64,000 nt of DNA, taken from contig MU058718.1 of assembly GCA_013265495.1 (NCBI GenBank), positions 186,001 through 250,000 of the forward strand. The letters are read 5' to 3'. This stretch comes from Vicugna vicugna (taxonomy: Eukaryota). How positions within the stretch are numbered: the first letter of the stretch is position 1; each line of letters begins with the position of its first letter. This document shows, piece by piece, positions 1 through 13,714 of this stretch. Both the position numbers and the translations under genes were made by a program. The notes beneath the pieces were generated by a model. That model saw only the letters and a program-made list of their open reading frames with translations. It had not been told where the DNA came from and did no database searches.

Positions 1-460
1 TACTGCCAAAGCTGGGTGACAGGTACATGGGAGTTTACTAATGAATATCACCTACTTTTATGTGATTAAAAATTTCCGTAACAAGTTAGAAAGTCAAGCA
101 TTTGCAAAATATATTTTATGTAAATGAAACCAGATCAGATACCACTAAATTGAATATATCTGGGTTTTAGATGACATACAGGAATTTGATGATACTAAGA
201 TGGAGATTAAAATTCAGAAGCTAGGTCAATCTGTTAACTTTGTTAGGTAGGATAATGGCATTGTGGTTATGAGAGAAAATGCCTTTTTTTAAAGACACAT
301 ATTGATATATTTAGGGTTAAAATAAATTGATGTACAGAATTTATTTTAAAAAACTTTTAAAATTGGAACAAAAATAAACAAGTATGGCAAAATGTTGAAA
401 CAAACTGGTAAATACATGGCAGCTCAGTGACTAAAAATGTGTTTCCATTTTTAAAAATAA
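1..460 (+). mobile_element. Ancient L1 (L1MC/L1ME-type) 3' end fragments
   Basis: Motifs 'ctgggtgacaggtacatgggagtt', 'ataatggcattgtggttatg' and 'atggcaaaatgttga' are typical of old L1 3' UTRs. Confidence 0.6.
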
Positions 461-1194
461 ATAACAATAATTATAATAACAAAGTAACAATTATAGATTC
501 CAAGGACGACTTCCACTATGCGTGAGAAGGAACAAATACCAATATAAATAATCCAAACTAAAGGGTCAAGTTTGGGGGGAGGAGGGCAAGAACCACTACA
601 CAAGAGTTTTACTCATTTAACTCACTTGATTTTTACAAACAGTCAACAGAGAGTACAGTAGGGAAAGTCACATGGTGTTCCACTCGAGGCAAAAAAAAAA
701 ATTTTTTTTCAAGAAATATTTTCCTCCTGCCAGTCCTGTTCTAGATATCCATTTATAAAGAAACTTTCAACATTTCTCAAGTTCAAGAAGTAGGAATGTC
801 AGTGTGTGTTTTGTATGGGAACAAAGCTTCCCTAACATCCTGAGCAACATATGACTCTGATTGTACATAAAGTTTCTGGGCATGAAAATAGTATTTCTTC
901 ATTCTGAGTTCTCTGGTTGTGCTCCAAGACTACCTTTATCAAGTTATCTTTAGTGAGATCCTTTTGTGGCGGGGAAGAGGAGGACCTTTGAAGGACCCTT
1001 ATGAAAACATTTGCACATATACATTTCAGCACTTCAAGTAACGATACCAAGTATTCTTTAAGGTTTTAAAGAGAAAAACATAATCTAAAATTACCTAATC
1101 CTACCAAAATTCCTGCTGTGGGCAACCACCACCATACCTAAATCACATAATTGTTATTATTGGTAAGGAGAACAGGAAAATTAACACTTTCTGA

Positions 1195-1420
1195 GATTTT
1201 ACTAAATGCCAGGTATTTAATAAGCATTTTTTTAATTAAATCCTCATAACAACTCTAATAGGTAGGTAGGTACTATTATTGTCCAAAAATTACAGATGAA
1301 AAAAAGTGGGGCACTAAGAGGTTAAGTAACTTGTTAAGTCACTTACATATACTTGAGTGACAGAATCAGAATTGAACCCAAGCAGTCTGGTTCCAACATC
1401 TGGGCTACTCTCTGCTATAC
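1195..1420 (-). mobile_element. MIR SINE
   Basis: Reverse-complement MIR core: aatcctcataacaactct...acagatgaaaaaa...gaggttaagtaacttg...gaacccaagcagtctg. Confidence 0.85.
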
Positions 1421-1789
1421 TACCCTGTACCATAAAACTTCACTCTGAAACACAGGAAAGATGACTACTTGAACATTTCTAGACCCCAGATCATTGACTC
1501 TCCTCACATTCCTAGTTACCTTTCAGGCTTTACATTATTTAAAAAATAAACAAATAAACAAATGAAAACAATAAAGCCAAAAAAACCCAGAAGGTTCTTT
1601 TTTAATGAAATTAAATAGTCTAGAAAGAATTAGTGGCAGCTATTATAGGCATTAACACCACTGACCAAGGATAATAAGACCCCCCTAACTGCTCATCCTA
1701 ATGCAAAGTTCACCAATTGATAGACCCTGTCTAGGTACAGAGATCCCAATCAGTTTTATATTATATTGCTTCATTTTTTTCATTTGACT

Positions 1790-2680
1790 GGTTAAATCAG
1801 AATCAAACATCTGTTACATGAAAGAGACAAGGAAACAAAAACTGAAAGAAATATGACAAAGGAAAAAACAATTCATAAACAAAACAGAACCTGTTAAAAG
1901 CTCTCTAATTGAGACCTTAGAAAGTCAAGATGTTGCATCTATAAAGTAAGACAGGAGGCTGTGAAAAGGCAAAAAAAGTATGAGAAAAAATTTTCTAAAG
2001 TTAAAAAAAAAGGCAGTATATAAGGTTTCATATTGTGGACACAATATCTAGAAAGTAGACAAAAACAGGAAACAGAGACAAGAAATTACCAAAGGACACA
2101 CAAACATCAGTCCAGGAGGTCAGCATTTAACTAACAAAAAATACAGAATAAAAAGGAAAGAAGATTGAAGAGAGGAAGTTTCCAGAGAAATATGAACTTT
2201 CCACAATTAAAAGATTTAATAAGTTAAAAGACAGAGTTTTCCAATTAACAGGGTCCACTCAGTGCTCAAATGAATAACTACACCAAGACACATCATTGGG
2301 AAATTTCAGACAACAAAGACAAAAAAGATGGTAAAAGCTTTCAGAGAAAAGGCAGCTCATCTGCAAAGAAAAAAGAATCAAACTGGCCTAAGACTTCTCT
2401 CATCAATATTGAAGAACATTAGCAAACAATGAAGCAACAAATTCTGACAGAAAATTATGTTCAACCCAGAATTCTATCCCCAGCCACACTAACATTTCAT
2501 TTTAAGAATAAAAATTTTTAAATTAAATTAAAAAATTAAAAAAATTTTAAAGAATAAAATTAAAAAACATTTCAGACATGGAATTACTAAAAATTTACCT
2601 CCTACACATCTTAGAGTAGTATGTACCCCAGCAAAACAAGGCAATAAAGCAATAAAGAGGAATATATGGGAAATAGGAAT
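1790..2680 (+). mobile_element. Ancient L1 ORF1 / HAL1-like remnant
   Basis: Degraded ORF1 motifs: caccaagacacatcat..gaaatttcaga, gaatcaaactggc..agacttctc and aacccagaattctatccccagcca. Confidence 0.7.
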
Positions 2681-2879
2681 ATAACAAAGGCCACTCACAC
2701 CATGTCACCTGAGCAGTAGTTCTAAATCAAGCAGATTGGAGCAGAAGGATACAGTGCATCAGGAGAGGGGTAGCTATGGAAAAGGGAGATACTAGAAATT
2801 TCATATTATCTTTAAGAAAATGAAAAAACTAAGAAAGTTATAAAAGCTAACCCCCCCCCAATACAACTGGGAACTCTGA

Positions 2880-3290
2880 TATTGAGAGGTTATAGCATCC
2901 TGTTTTATCTTTGCAGAACTACCTTCTCCCCACCCCAAAACATGTGATTCAAATGGGGCTGAGTCCATCCCCATCTCCATCTGGGCATGTGACCAGGCTC
3001 TAACTACTCCTAATCTGTTCTCTCCACCTTGTCATAGCAGCTGTTCAGAAATAAACACACAGCCTAGAATTAGTACGGATAGGGGAGAAGGGTGAAAGAG
3101 GAGGGTACTGAAAACAAAACCGAAGGAAGAAAGAAGCTGGAGATAGGGAGAGACCAAATCTTCAAAGCAACATTTGAGCACCTGGCTCCAATTCTACTCT
3201 ATCCTTCTGGACTCTCAGTTCTGAAAACCAATTTCCTTTCTGATTGAACTGGTTTTCTAACATTTATAAGCATCCCTAACAAAATACTCC
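2880..3290 (+). mobile_element. MaLR MLT1-type LTR
   Basis: Motifs gggcatgtgaccaggc, catttgagcacctgg and ggactctcagtt, plus an MLT1-like 3' end. Confidence 0.65.
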
Positions 3291-3474
3291 TCTTTCACAG
3301 CAGGAAGCCAAAAGAAACTATCTATTGCTAGTAAAATAAGATAGATACATAGTATTTACTAAGGTGACCAGAGAGCTAAAAATAATGATATATAATTGTA
3401 TCAGAAAGAAGGTAGGGAATAGGGTAGTGGTGCTGGGAAATAATTCAGGGGTCTCTTTCTTTTCTTGCAAGCAA

Positions 3475-3913
3475 GGCATTGTCTGCTTTTTGCTCTGGAC
3501 TATATTTTCAAGGATATTCATATAGTGAACAACCTTAGAACACAGAAGGTGTCTTCTTTCAGAGCAAAGAGAAGGCATATTGTCTCCCTTTGGAATAAAG
3601 GGCAGGCATGCTTAAGGCCCATTACAAAATATTTGGAATCCCTAAACTCAGACTTTCCTCCAGTATCAGAACCCACTATGTGAACAGGCTGTCTCTCTGC
3701 AGTGCCCTGTGGCAACTGAGGCTTGTGACACCGGCACAAATGAATGCTGATACTCTGGCTACTGTTATTGCTGTGAGTAATAAACTGCACTTCATCTCTG
3801 ACTCTGCCTTCTACCAGAATAGGAGTCTGTATCTTCTACCAGCATCCATGAAATTGTGGCAGGCTAATTTGCTAGCTTCAAGTAAACTCTCAGATCCTTT
3901 ATAATTCTTGACA
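3475..3913 (+). mobile_element. Ancient ERV solo LTR (MER89/MER90/MER110-like; subfamily uncertain)
   Basis: The 3' part 'tgctgatactctggctactg..gctgtgagtAATAAA..ccagcatccatgaaa..tggcaggctaa..ttcttgaCA' matches recalled eutherian ERV LTRs and ends in CA. Confidence 0.7.
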
Positions 3914-5304
3914 GATGGTAAATGGGATCTAAATCTTGACTATCACTCCAGAAAGTCAATAGATAATGCATAAAATTGACAAATCAAGAAAGAGAAGTAT
4001 AAGCATGTTAATAATTGGGGATCATCACTAGAAAAATCAAACAGAGAAACTGAAGTGGTTCCTTTGGGGAGGGATGTGGGTGGGGACACATAGGACAACG
4101 GGATTACCACTGTCATCATAAACTCTTCTGAATCATTATGCTTCCCCCCTCCACGAACATGTATTTGAGAAAGAAGCCTTTGCTGGTTCCTTCAAAGGGG
4201 AAAAAAAGTGCAAGAAAAAACTTGTCAGTACTTTCATCCCACTAAAATTGGATGAGAGCACTGAGAAAAGTACCTAATTAAGTATGATATTCTCATCACA
4301 GTTCTAGAAATCTAGAAGGGAAAGACTCTTTCACCAATAATCATCTTAAGCTACAAAACAATCTCAACGCATCTCCAAAAAAAAGTACCTCATGTCTTCT
4401 TTGGAGAATTTATTTTTAAATAAAATGATTCTACTAGCTATGTACACAATAGTGTCCCTGCACCTTCTATGGAAAGCGTTATCACTGGCTTTAGCATATA
4501 AATATGTATCCTTAAGCATAATTTCCTGCAATTATAGATTCTAGGTTACTCACTAAATCACCATTGTTTTAAAACTGAAGTTAAAATTAATTTATGATAC
4601 TAGAGATAACCAGGTATAGTCTGAGGCTTCCTAGGGCAGAGAAGAAATATTTTTTTGGCAGGGAATGAAATATGTGATCCTACTAGGAAAAAAAGACAAA
4701 CAGCTAATTAAGGTTCAAAAAGTAATTCACATTAAAGAATCAGAATTTTCTAATCAAAATTTGAAATTACAAATTATTTTGTACAGTAGGCAGGTGGATG
4801 GTTATTTCCATTTAGTATAATTTTATACAAATTATAGGAAAGTTTTTTTCCTTAAAAATCCAGAAGAACAGCAAAACCTACCTACTGTCTACTCTTCTAC
4901 TTCTCCACTAAATTATACTTCCTATACAGCCACACGGTAAATTTTGCCTTCCTGCTGAATCTGCTTTTTAGGGAAGATGAAGGAAGAGCATACAAATTCT
5001 GCCCCAGAGATAAGCGAAACTGTTCTTGAGCTAAACTACAAGTCTAAGTAATAAAGGATCTGATTAGGAGCCAGCTCTGGTTTTACCTAAATTATACTTT
5101 ATTTAAATTAGTATTGGTTAACTTTAACATAACATTACTGCTTCAATCACAGTGGTCTCATTCAATCTACTTAAGTCATGGGAAGCTGGAGCAAATGAAA
5201 GATAAAGGTCTCTTTGTGACATTAGAGTCTCACTAAGTTGTTGCTAATTTCTTTTTCACTTCTGGGTGCTCTTCACTAGGAAGGCTTTTTGTGTAATGAC
5301 GTTC

Positions 5305-5480
5305 TTCTATAGGGCAGACTGCTTGGGTTTGAAATCCAGTTCCAACACCCTGCCTAGGTAAACTGCTTAATAACTTCTAAGACTCAGTTTTCTCCAAGAG
5401 AAAAGGGACAAGAATACTTCCCTTATAGAGTGTTATAAAGATTATTTTACAAATACACATAAAATGTTTACCATGAGACC
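5305..5480 (+). mobile_element. MIR SINE
   Basis: cagactgcttgggtttgaaatcc...ctcagttttctc...atagagtgttataaagatta. Confidence 0.75.
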
Positions 5481-5877
5481 TAGTCAAAAGAAAGGAAGGA
5501 AGGAAGACAGTTATTAATATTGTCATGCCTCACTTCATGGAAAGCCACCTCCAGCAGGAAAAAGATGTTCCATCTGCACACAATGGAGCACACTCAATCC
5601 CAGAGACTCTTTCTTATTAGCTCAATCATCATCGAAGGCTATGAAACGCAAATTCACCAAAAAGATGCTAGAACCTTGAAGCAGGTAACACATTTCAGCA
5701 AGCCAAACTCAGTCCCTCTTCCACCAAAAGACAGAGTCCTTAAACTTTGCACAGGTTACTTGCCTTGGTATCCTTATGGAAAACAGTAGCGGACAAAAGC
5801 AAACCTTTTTAAATAATGAAAATACTTTTAATATAAATTTTTAATGTAAATTATTTTATAGCCAACTTTCTCATATT

Positions 5878-6250
5878 ACATTCTTTCCTACCTTCAACAA
5901 ATGTTTGTTGCACATCTATGAGGCTCTTGGAATACAGTGAACAAACGGTCGAAGTCCTCAAGGAACTAACATTCTGGTGGAGAGAAAGATGATAAATAAT
6001 CATGGTAAGTAAGCTATAAGGTGTATGTTTCAAGGAAGTAACTAATATAAGGGCAAAATAGACTAGAACAAGGGGACTTGGAAGTGTAGGGGAAGAGTGT
6101 TGGTTTAGCTATTTTGAACAGGGTGGTCAGCGTAGGCTTCCTTGAGAAGATGGTATTTAAGAAGAGATATGGAAGAGGCAAGCAAGTTATACATGAAGAT
6201 TTATCTAGGCACAGGAAACAGCCCAAGGCAAGCACTTGCCTACCTGATTC
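5878..6250 (-). mobile_element. L2 3' fragment (a second piece lies at about 6368-6500)
   Basis: ttcaacaaatgtttgttg..gaatacagtgaacaa..gggtggtcag..ggcttccttgagaagatgg and cattcattcaacaaatatttactga. Confidence 0.8.
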
Positions 6251-7824
6251 ACACCACCACCACCAGCTAACAAATAAGCAAAAATGCTGTTCTCTCAACA
6301 ATGTCATCTTCTCCCCCCACCAAAAAAGCTGTGCCAGCAAAACCACAAAAAAATTTATAAATATCAACTCATTCATTCAACAAATATTTACTGAATACCA
6401 ACCATGTACTAAAAAACATGCTAAGGACAGAGAAAAGAGTATGATGGGCAACACTTTCTATTCTAAATTTATGAAGACCTCAGGGAGAGGCCTGAGATTG
6501 ACTACAAAGTTCATTTAGTAAGTGTATTTTGTAGTTATTTGGCTTAATAGGCTTATTAAAAAAATACAGAAGAGATTTACAGAAATTTGTCCTTCAGATA
6601 AAGTGGGATGATACTATACCGAAAGTACCTCAAAACTCTCCACTCTATAGAGAATAGATATTGGTCCCTTAAGTGTCTTCACCTGAAGAGTTGATCATTT
6701 CAAAAGTACTAACAGTGACATTATATTAATATTTTCTTCCCCTGCCCCCAAAATATTGCTACTGGGAGTCTAATAATTTTTCTAACACTTTCTCAAGACC
6801 CATTTCAATTAGAGAAAAAAATGCCATCTACTAAGTACAAGGTGCTATGCCATGCACTAAGGTAGCTAAGTGAAAGGTCTCTCCAAGACCTCATCCTGTG
6901 GTATGGGAAAACATATGCATTATAAACCCTTCTTATGCTATTTCCTACTTCAAACATAAGTATAGCTCATAATAGCACTTGGCTGCCAAGAAAAATACTA
7001 TGAATTTTTCCCTCAAGCCCAAACCAAAAGCTAGAATTTACAGAGTTGAAAACATTTTTACAAACACTTATCCTATTAAAAATTACAATTTTAGCAGAAT
7101 ATATTTTATATCATTCATCTGAGCAACTGGAGATTAAGGCTAGAAAAGTTAAGAGAACTACAACAAGAAGTATATAAAAAGAAACAAATGGAATATATTT
7201 ATTACTTGGTCTCCAGTTATGTTAAAGAGTACTCTAAGATTAGTTGAAAACACATTTCTATGTATTAGGGAATGCACATCAGTGAAAATAAAAAGAAGAC
7301 AAAAAAATTAACACTTTAACCTTATGCCCTCATCTAGTTTTTAAGAGCGCAATTCCTGAAAAAATACTCTTGAGTAAATTTACGGGTGGAAGGGTTTTTC
7401 TTCTAACCACAACCATCAGTCTCCTCTTATGACTGGCCTAAATAAAATGGTAACATGCTTTAATACGCTTCACCCAACTTAGCATTATATTAGCTGGCTG
7501 TGCAGTACATGCTTTTGAGGCATCAAAGGCTAGGGTAGAAGTACTTTGTCTCTCTCTACTTAAATGTCCTTTCAGGCATATTAGAGCTACCCTTTGCCAT
7601 CATGATTTACCAAGGAGATTAGCAAATATTAAAAAACTGTGTCAGCAAGGATGTGAAAAGATAGGTGTACTCTCAAATTGCAAATACTCTTTTTTTTTTT
7701 TTAAACTGCAAATACTCTTTGACCCAGCAGAGTTCCACTTCTGGGAATTTATCCCAAAAGAAGAACTTCAAAGAAAGTTGTTTGCTGCAACATTGTTTCT
7801 AATAGGAAAAAAGAGTAAAGACTC

Positions 7825-8330
7825 TTATTTCTCAACCTCCCTTGCATTCAGATGTGGCCATGAACTAAATTCTGGCTAAAGAAGCATGACCGGAAGTGCT
7901 GTAAGAAGGCTAGCCTGTATACTGCTGCCCCTTCTTGCATCCTGCTGCTTAGAATGGGTTGCAATAGCTGGAGATCCACCTAGGTCAATGAGGACAAGGG
8001 CAACACAAGGTGAAGCCATAATAGTACAGAAAGAACCCAGGCAATCATAAGGGAGACAGCGAGGGCCCTCAAGGGGAATGAGGATCTGCTAAAGGGCTCT
8101 TTATCTTGACTGCAGTGTCTGTTATATAGGTACTTCTAATTGTCAAAACTTAGCGAACTACCCATGTGTTACCTGTGGATTTTACTGTACTTATTATACC
8201 TCAAAAAGAGAAAAGAGCAATGTCATGAGTGCTATACCAGCCCTAGATCGCCTATGTTAACTTTTATAAGAGAAAGAAATAATATTTCATTGTTTAACCC
8301 ACTGCTAGTTTAGTTTTCCTATCACTAATA
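7825..8330 (+). mobile_element. MLT1 LTR nested in old L1 fragments (about 7600-8600), itself interrupted by an L1M 3' piece
   Basis: cctcccttgca..gatgtggccatg..ttctggc; catcctgctgc; agagaaagaaataa..ttgtttaa.ccactg. Confidence 0.65.
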
Positions 8331-8983
8331 CACTTTTTATATACCAATACATAAAAAAATGACAAAATTGAAAGTGAAAAAAGAGCAAGATAACAGTACA
8401 TAGAATATAGTACCATTTATGTTTTTAAACACAGGGAAGACAGAATATATACCAGAAGAATATATAAGAAACAAGTACCAATGGTTGCCCTAGTAAGGGA
8501 AAAGTATGTCCAAGGCACAGGAGAAGAAAACTACTCACTTTTTGCACCTTTTGCATTTTGAACCATACAAACATATTCCCGTTCAAAAAATAAATGTTCT
8601 TTAGTCCTATTAAATATTTCACTTAACTTTTTAAAATTTTAGTATGTGCAGATTTTAATGATTTGAAGACTTATACTGACTTTAGTTTCAAGATGACCCT
8701 ACAATGAATTTAATTACTAAGACCACTAGATACAAAAATGACAAAAGAATAAAAATTGTTATAAGTGGGAAAAAGGGAAGGAGAGTGCTGAAAACTCTTT
8801 TGAGGAAAAAAGCAAGAAAATATTTTAACCAAAAAGAGAAGCACTGGGATCATTCTACTGCTGGAAATATATATTATATATCTTTTAATTTCTCAATATC
8901 TGCTTTTAGTGAAAAATAAACAAAAGCAGCTCGCTAAATCAAAAAGGCTAACAAGGCTTCTGAATCACAGAAAAGGTTCTTTC

Positions 8984-9035
8984 TTTCATATATATACATT
9001 TTTTAATTGAAGTATAGTCAGTTTACAATGTTGTG
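8984..9035 (-). mobile_element. Extremely 5'-truncated L1 (52 bp)
   Basis: L1 terminal motif ttgaagtatagtcagtttacaatgttgtg is flanked by a perfect 14-bp TSD, GAAAAGGTTCTTTC (8970-8983 and 9036-9049). Confidence 0.9.
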
Positions 9036-11184
9036 GAAAAGGTTCTTTCCTGTTAGTGCAGATTCCGAAGAGTTACAAATAGTAATGTTAAAGTTTATGG
9101 ATCAGTTCCTAAGTTGAAATAAAATGAGGATTTCTCAGAAATTTACTAAATTGACCTTAGGTAGTTTTCTTTTTTCAACTCTATTTTATAATGTATATAT
9201 ATATATAAACCCTGTTAACTTTTCATGGTATATACAATATAAAAAAGAACTAATCAAAATCTACTACTCTTAAATAGATCATTTAATTTCATGTCAGTTG
9301 CCCGAGTCTTGGCCTATACATACATGTATTTTTGTGTATGATTAGTGTATATATTTTATACGCAGATTTCACATACTTACTTCTACACAATGATATTAAG
9401 TTGCATAAAATAAAAAATGTTCACTTTATAAAAATCCATAAAGTTTTGGATTTTTATTTTTAAAAGGTCACTCAGTAAGAAAACTCTATTTCTTGCCTCA
9501 GTGCCAGAAGATGACTATTAAGATCCTAGGGAAGAGGCCACTAACCATTTACTGATGATTCCAATTACCAACAACCTATTAAATGACAAATATGAACATT
9601 TAAACCCAGAAACATCATTTATATCCTCTTGCTGATAACATTATAAATATAAAAATTGTTAGAGGGTTGGAAGGTCATAAACAAAATCACTAACCCTTCA
9701 GAAATTTCTAGTAACTAGTGTGGAAGTTTCATTTGGGGCCTCAGGAACAAAGGTAAGTACAGACAATCACCATTAAGCCCTTCAAAGCAAATGCTTCTGA
9801 GGGCAAAGACTATGATTTCCAAAACAGTACTTCGTGTTATCCTATAAAGATGTTGGTAAGAGACTAAATGAACATTCAACTGTAGAAGGCTCAAAGTAGG
9901 CAAAGAATTAACATTTGGTGAATGAACTGAACATTAACAGTTTAGAAACAAATACAATGCAGAGGGAAACAAAAGTAGGCTTTACTTCTCTGAATAAGAT
10001 ATCTACTAAAAACATACAAAAGGAAAATTCCTCAGAAACTGAGTAATTACACTAGGGTTCACTAATGAAGTCTTGACATGGTTCTTTCTTAAAAGGAGGA
10101 AAAAAAAAAGCTATATTTGCTATATGCCAAGAACATTAAATGTGAAATCACAATGAATCTTCAAGAGTGGTATTACTATTGCTTTAATAATCCAACAAGC
10201 CTAACATCCTTTGCAAGCAGAAAGGTGGAAAGTTATGCTCTTTGTTTTTTAAAAATTGGAAAGGGAAAATGTAAACATTAATTTCCTCTTAAATTTTCCT
10301 AAATTATCAATTTGGAGGGGAGAGAAATGGATCAATTAATTTCATAGAGTATTCTCAAAGAGCACTAAATAAGCAACATAAACACAAGAACAGGGGTTAC
10401 TCAAATCCAATTCTAACAAATTTTTACTTGATTCTAGAAGAAACAAAGATTAGTAACTATCAGATCAGTTTTAAGGGACTTACTCAAAAAGCCAAAATCT
10501 TAAGAATTAACAGGAATTCCACCGGATTATAAAACTACAGTCAAGAGGTAACATGTATTTAAATCAGAACCATTAAACAAGAGAAGATTCAACAAGTGTT
10601 TGGTAAAAGAAATGCTTGGTAACACTGGGAATACAAGAAAAGACCTTTAATAAAATGAAACCAAAATATTTAAGTAGTCTTACAAATGAGTCGGCAAGCA
10701 AATTTTAATCTACAAAATTAATTACATTTTTAAAGAGGCAGATTCCCCTTCTTTTCATGTCCCTTAAAAAGAGAAAATCTGACATATTCATAAAGGAACA
10801 ATTCTTAAAAGAAGCTTTACAACTCCTTATTCTCTACCAAAATAGAGTAATTAAAATTTAAGCAGGATAGACAAGGTAGATTCACAAAATAAAACAAGGT
10901 AACAACCACAGTAAGAATCTAGTAATTTTTTAGTAATATACACAAAAATATTTTAGGTAACTGCGAACATGTGTAATACAGAGGTAAGCTCCTAGATCAA
11001 ATAAAGAAAGGAGAAAATAATGTGTTAAATTCAGAAATAAAACAGTAACTATCACGGCTAAAGTTTTTACTTAAATTTCAAGACCATGAAGTTTTTAAAA
11101 ATCAGTAGTTCTAAGATATGTTACACTGTAACTTTTAAGTATAAAACTATGTTATTCTCTATACTTAAAAAAAGATGCAACTAA

Positions 11185-11436
11185 GGGAGGGTAACAGCTC
11201 AGTGGCAAAGCTATGTGCTTAGCATGCATGAGGTCCTGGGTTCAATCCCCAGTACCTCCATTAAAAAAGACAAAGTAAAAAAATTTTTTAATTTTTAAAA
11301 GGCAGGGAGGGTATAGCCTAGCGTATAAAACCACAGTTTTATAATCCAGTGGAATTCCTGTTAAGTCTGTAAAATAAATGAATGAGTGAATAAGTAAGTA
11401 AACCAACCTAATAACCTCCCCCACTCAAAATACAGC
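11185..11436 (+). mobile_element. tRNA-Ala-derived camelid SINE (vic-1-like), composite
   Basis: Head gggagggtaacagctcagtgg..gtgcttagcatgcatgaggtcctgggttcaatccccagtacctcca, an A-rich tail, a second partial head at about 11305 and a degenerate TSD. Confidence 0.9.
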
Positions 11437-13014
11437 AAAAAAAATTATGTAACTAGAATGTAAATGTTTTGATATAAAACCACCTCATACAAACAAAAAT
11501 GAATTTTCCAGAAAAACTAGTATTTACTTGAATTTTAATAGTCAATTTTATTAATGATACATGCCACAAATGGGGGAAACCCACAAAGCATTAAGATAAA
11601 CAATAAAAAAAGGATAAATTCTTAAAGACTGCTACTTGCCAAAGAATACATAGATCTATAAAATAATGCTAAGAGAAAAAGAAATACTGAGCATACTGCC
11701 TGGCATACATTAACATACTACACTTTTTTTTTTAGTAAATGAATAAATGCACAGGCCTTGAAATTCCTCAAGTTAAAAATGGTGTTATATAACTATTTTA
11801 TCAAGCTAACCATATAAGATGTCAACTAAAACACAAGCAAAGAAAATGGCAAATAAAAGACAGGATTCCTACAGCATAAAACTACATGACCTTCTCTGGA
11901 CTTATTTTCAGGATCCATTTTCACAGTCCTCTCTGTAGTACCCCAAAATAAGCTAAAATACTGTGATGATAGTAGAGCTCCTCAACTAGAAGACTACCTG
12001 AACCAGTTAGAAACCCATCCCCAAGGGTGGGAGTGGAATATAGAAAGGACCAAGAACCTCCAGAGAATAATCCTGATGACTAAACTTGAAATAAAATCCC
12101 TCGCCCTACTTTGGAAACAAGTTTGCCTCTCCTGGTTCCTGGACAATAGAGCAAATGTGTTCTTTGAGACTTCCTTATCAAACTCAAATTTCATCTTGAA
12201 ACTCCAGCTAATCAGTAATTCCCTACAGTAGTTCCAAGAGTGGTTTTAGAGCTTCAAATTGACTTTTTTAATATTATTATTTAAAATATATAATTTTTTA
12301 ATTTTTTTAATTTTCGAGAATCAAATGAACATTTTAATATACAAACTCTTGCAGCTGAATCTGCTAGAAGGTGCCTAAGTTAATGAGAAGAGCAGACAAT
12401 AAAACAGAATCTTTTAAAAATTTAAAGGTACAAATTTAAACAGCCCAAGTATGTCCTTAAAGATAAGAGAAAAAAGCCAAGCCTTCAACTATGTGTCTAC
12501 AATTTGGGGATATAAGATATGAAGCTTAGAATTTGGTAGGGGAGATAAGACTAACACACCTGAAACAAAGAACAATAAACAACAGTATTCAGTGACATGC
12601 TAAGTGGCTAAGTACTCAATATACACTAGGAATTGGGGAAATGGGAAGATTGCAGAGGGACTAGAGAGTCCAAAGAAGTTTTATGGGAACAGATTTCTTA
12701 TAACAGATGGTTATATTTGGTAAAATGCAAAGGAGAAGGCAAGGCTGAGGAAACTAACAGAGCACCAGGTTTGTTGCAGGCAGTCCCAGAGACAGGTGAG
12801 GAAGGATGGGACCATCTTATGGAAAGTCTTCAAAGCTACTTTTAAACATGATGTCACAGAAACCTAGTGCAGGAGAGTAATATCCCAGTAGAAATTTTGT
12901 CCAGTTAACCTGGCAACTGTATAAAAAGATTGAAGGGAGCAAATAACAAGTTTATGAAACCTATCACAGAGACAATTATAGAAATCTAAACTCAGAATGA
13001 TCACTGGTCTAGAT

Positions 13015-13308
13015 CTGTGCTATCCAACACAGAAACTACTATAACCACAAGTCACTTATGAGCACATGAAATATCACTAGCCTGAGATGAAATTCAAGTG
13101 TAAAATGCACATAAAATTTCAAAGACTTTATTTGAAAAAAGAATGTAAACTATCTCAACATTTTTCACATTGATTACATATTGAAATTGGGATATTTGTG
13201 TTAAATTATTATTAAAATTATTTTCAACTGTTTCTACTTTTTAAATGTGGCTAACTAGAAAATTTTAAATTATGTGTGGCTCACATTATATTTCTATTGG
13301 ATAGCACT
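13015..13308. mobile_element. hAT-Charlie MER33-like DNA transposon
   Basis: Terminal inverted repeats (gtgctatccaa / ttggatagcac) with MER33 internal motifs such as ttgattacat and aatgtggcta.ctagaaaattt. Confidence 0.85.
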
Positions 13309-13714
13309 TCTCCATGGTTATTTCAACTTTTCAGACCTTTCCATTTCCATGATTTAAAATATTTTCCCCCTTCCTCCTCCAGTTTTACTGGATAGTTGAA
13401 AATTACAAAACATTTTTAACATGTATCCATAAATGTGTATATTTATAAATTTTACATATATACCTGTACTACTGTACTGATATACTTTACATACACACCA
13501 AAATAAATACTAAAAGTATAAGAAAAAAACACAAGTTTTAATACTTTTCTTTTTGTACTACAGTGGACTATCCCACAAACACCCCGCACTGGAAGCCTAG
13601 GATGTTAGCACAGAGACTGATCAGGAAAAGACAAATCCAAATGAAAGAGCCACACAAAAATTTGATGACTGACTACGGGAGCAAAGGAGAGGAGATATAG
13701 GGAGACACTAAAGA

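Noticed and set aside
11994..12225. Possible minus-strand internal exon (TAG acceptor near 12222, ATG at 12194, CAG|GTAGTC)
   Set aside because: Weak polypyrimidine tract, weak donor and no recognisable protein. It cannot be excluded without RNA data.
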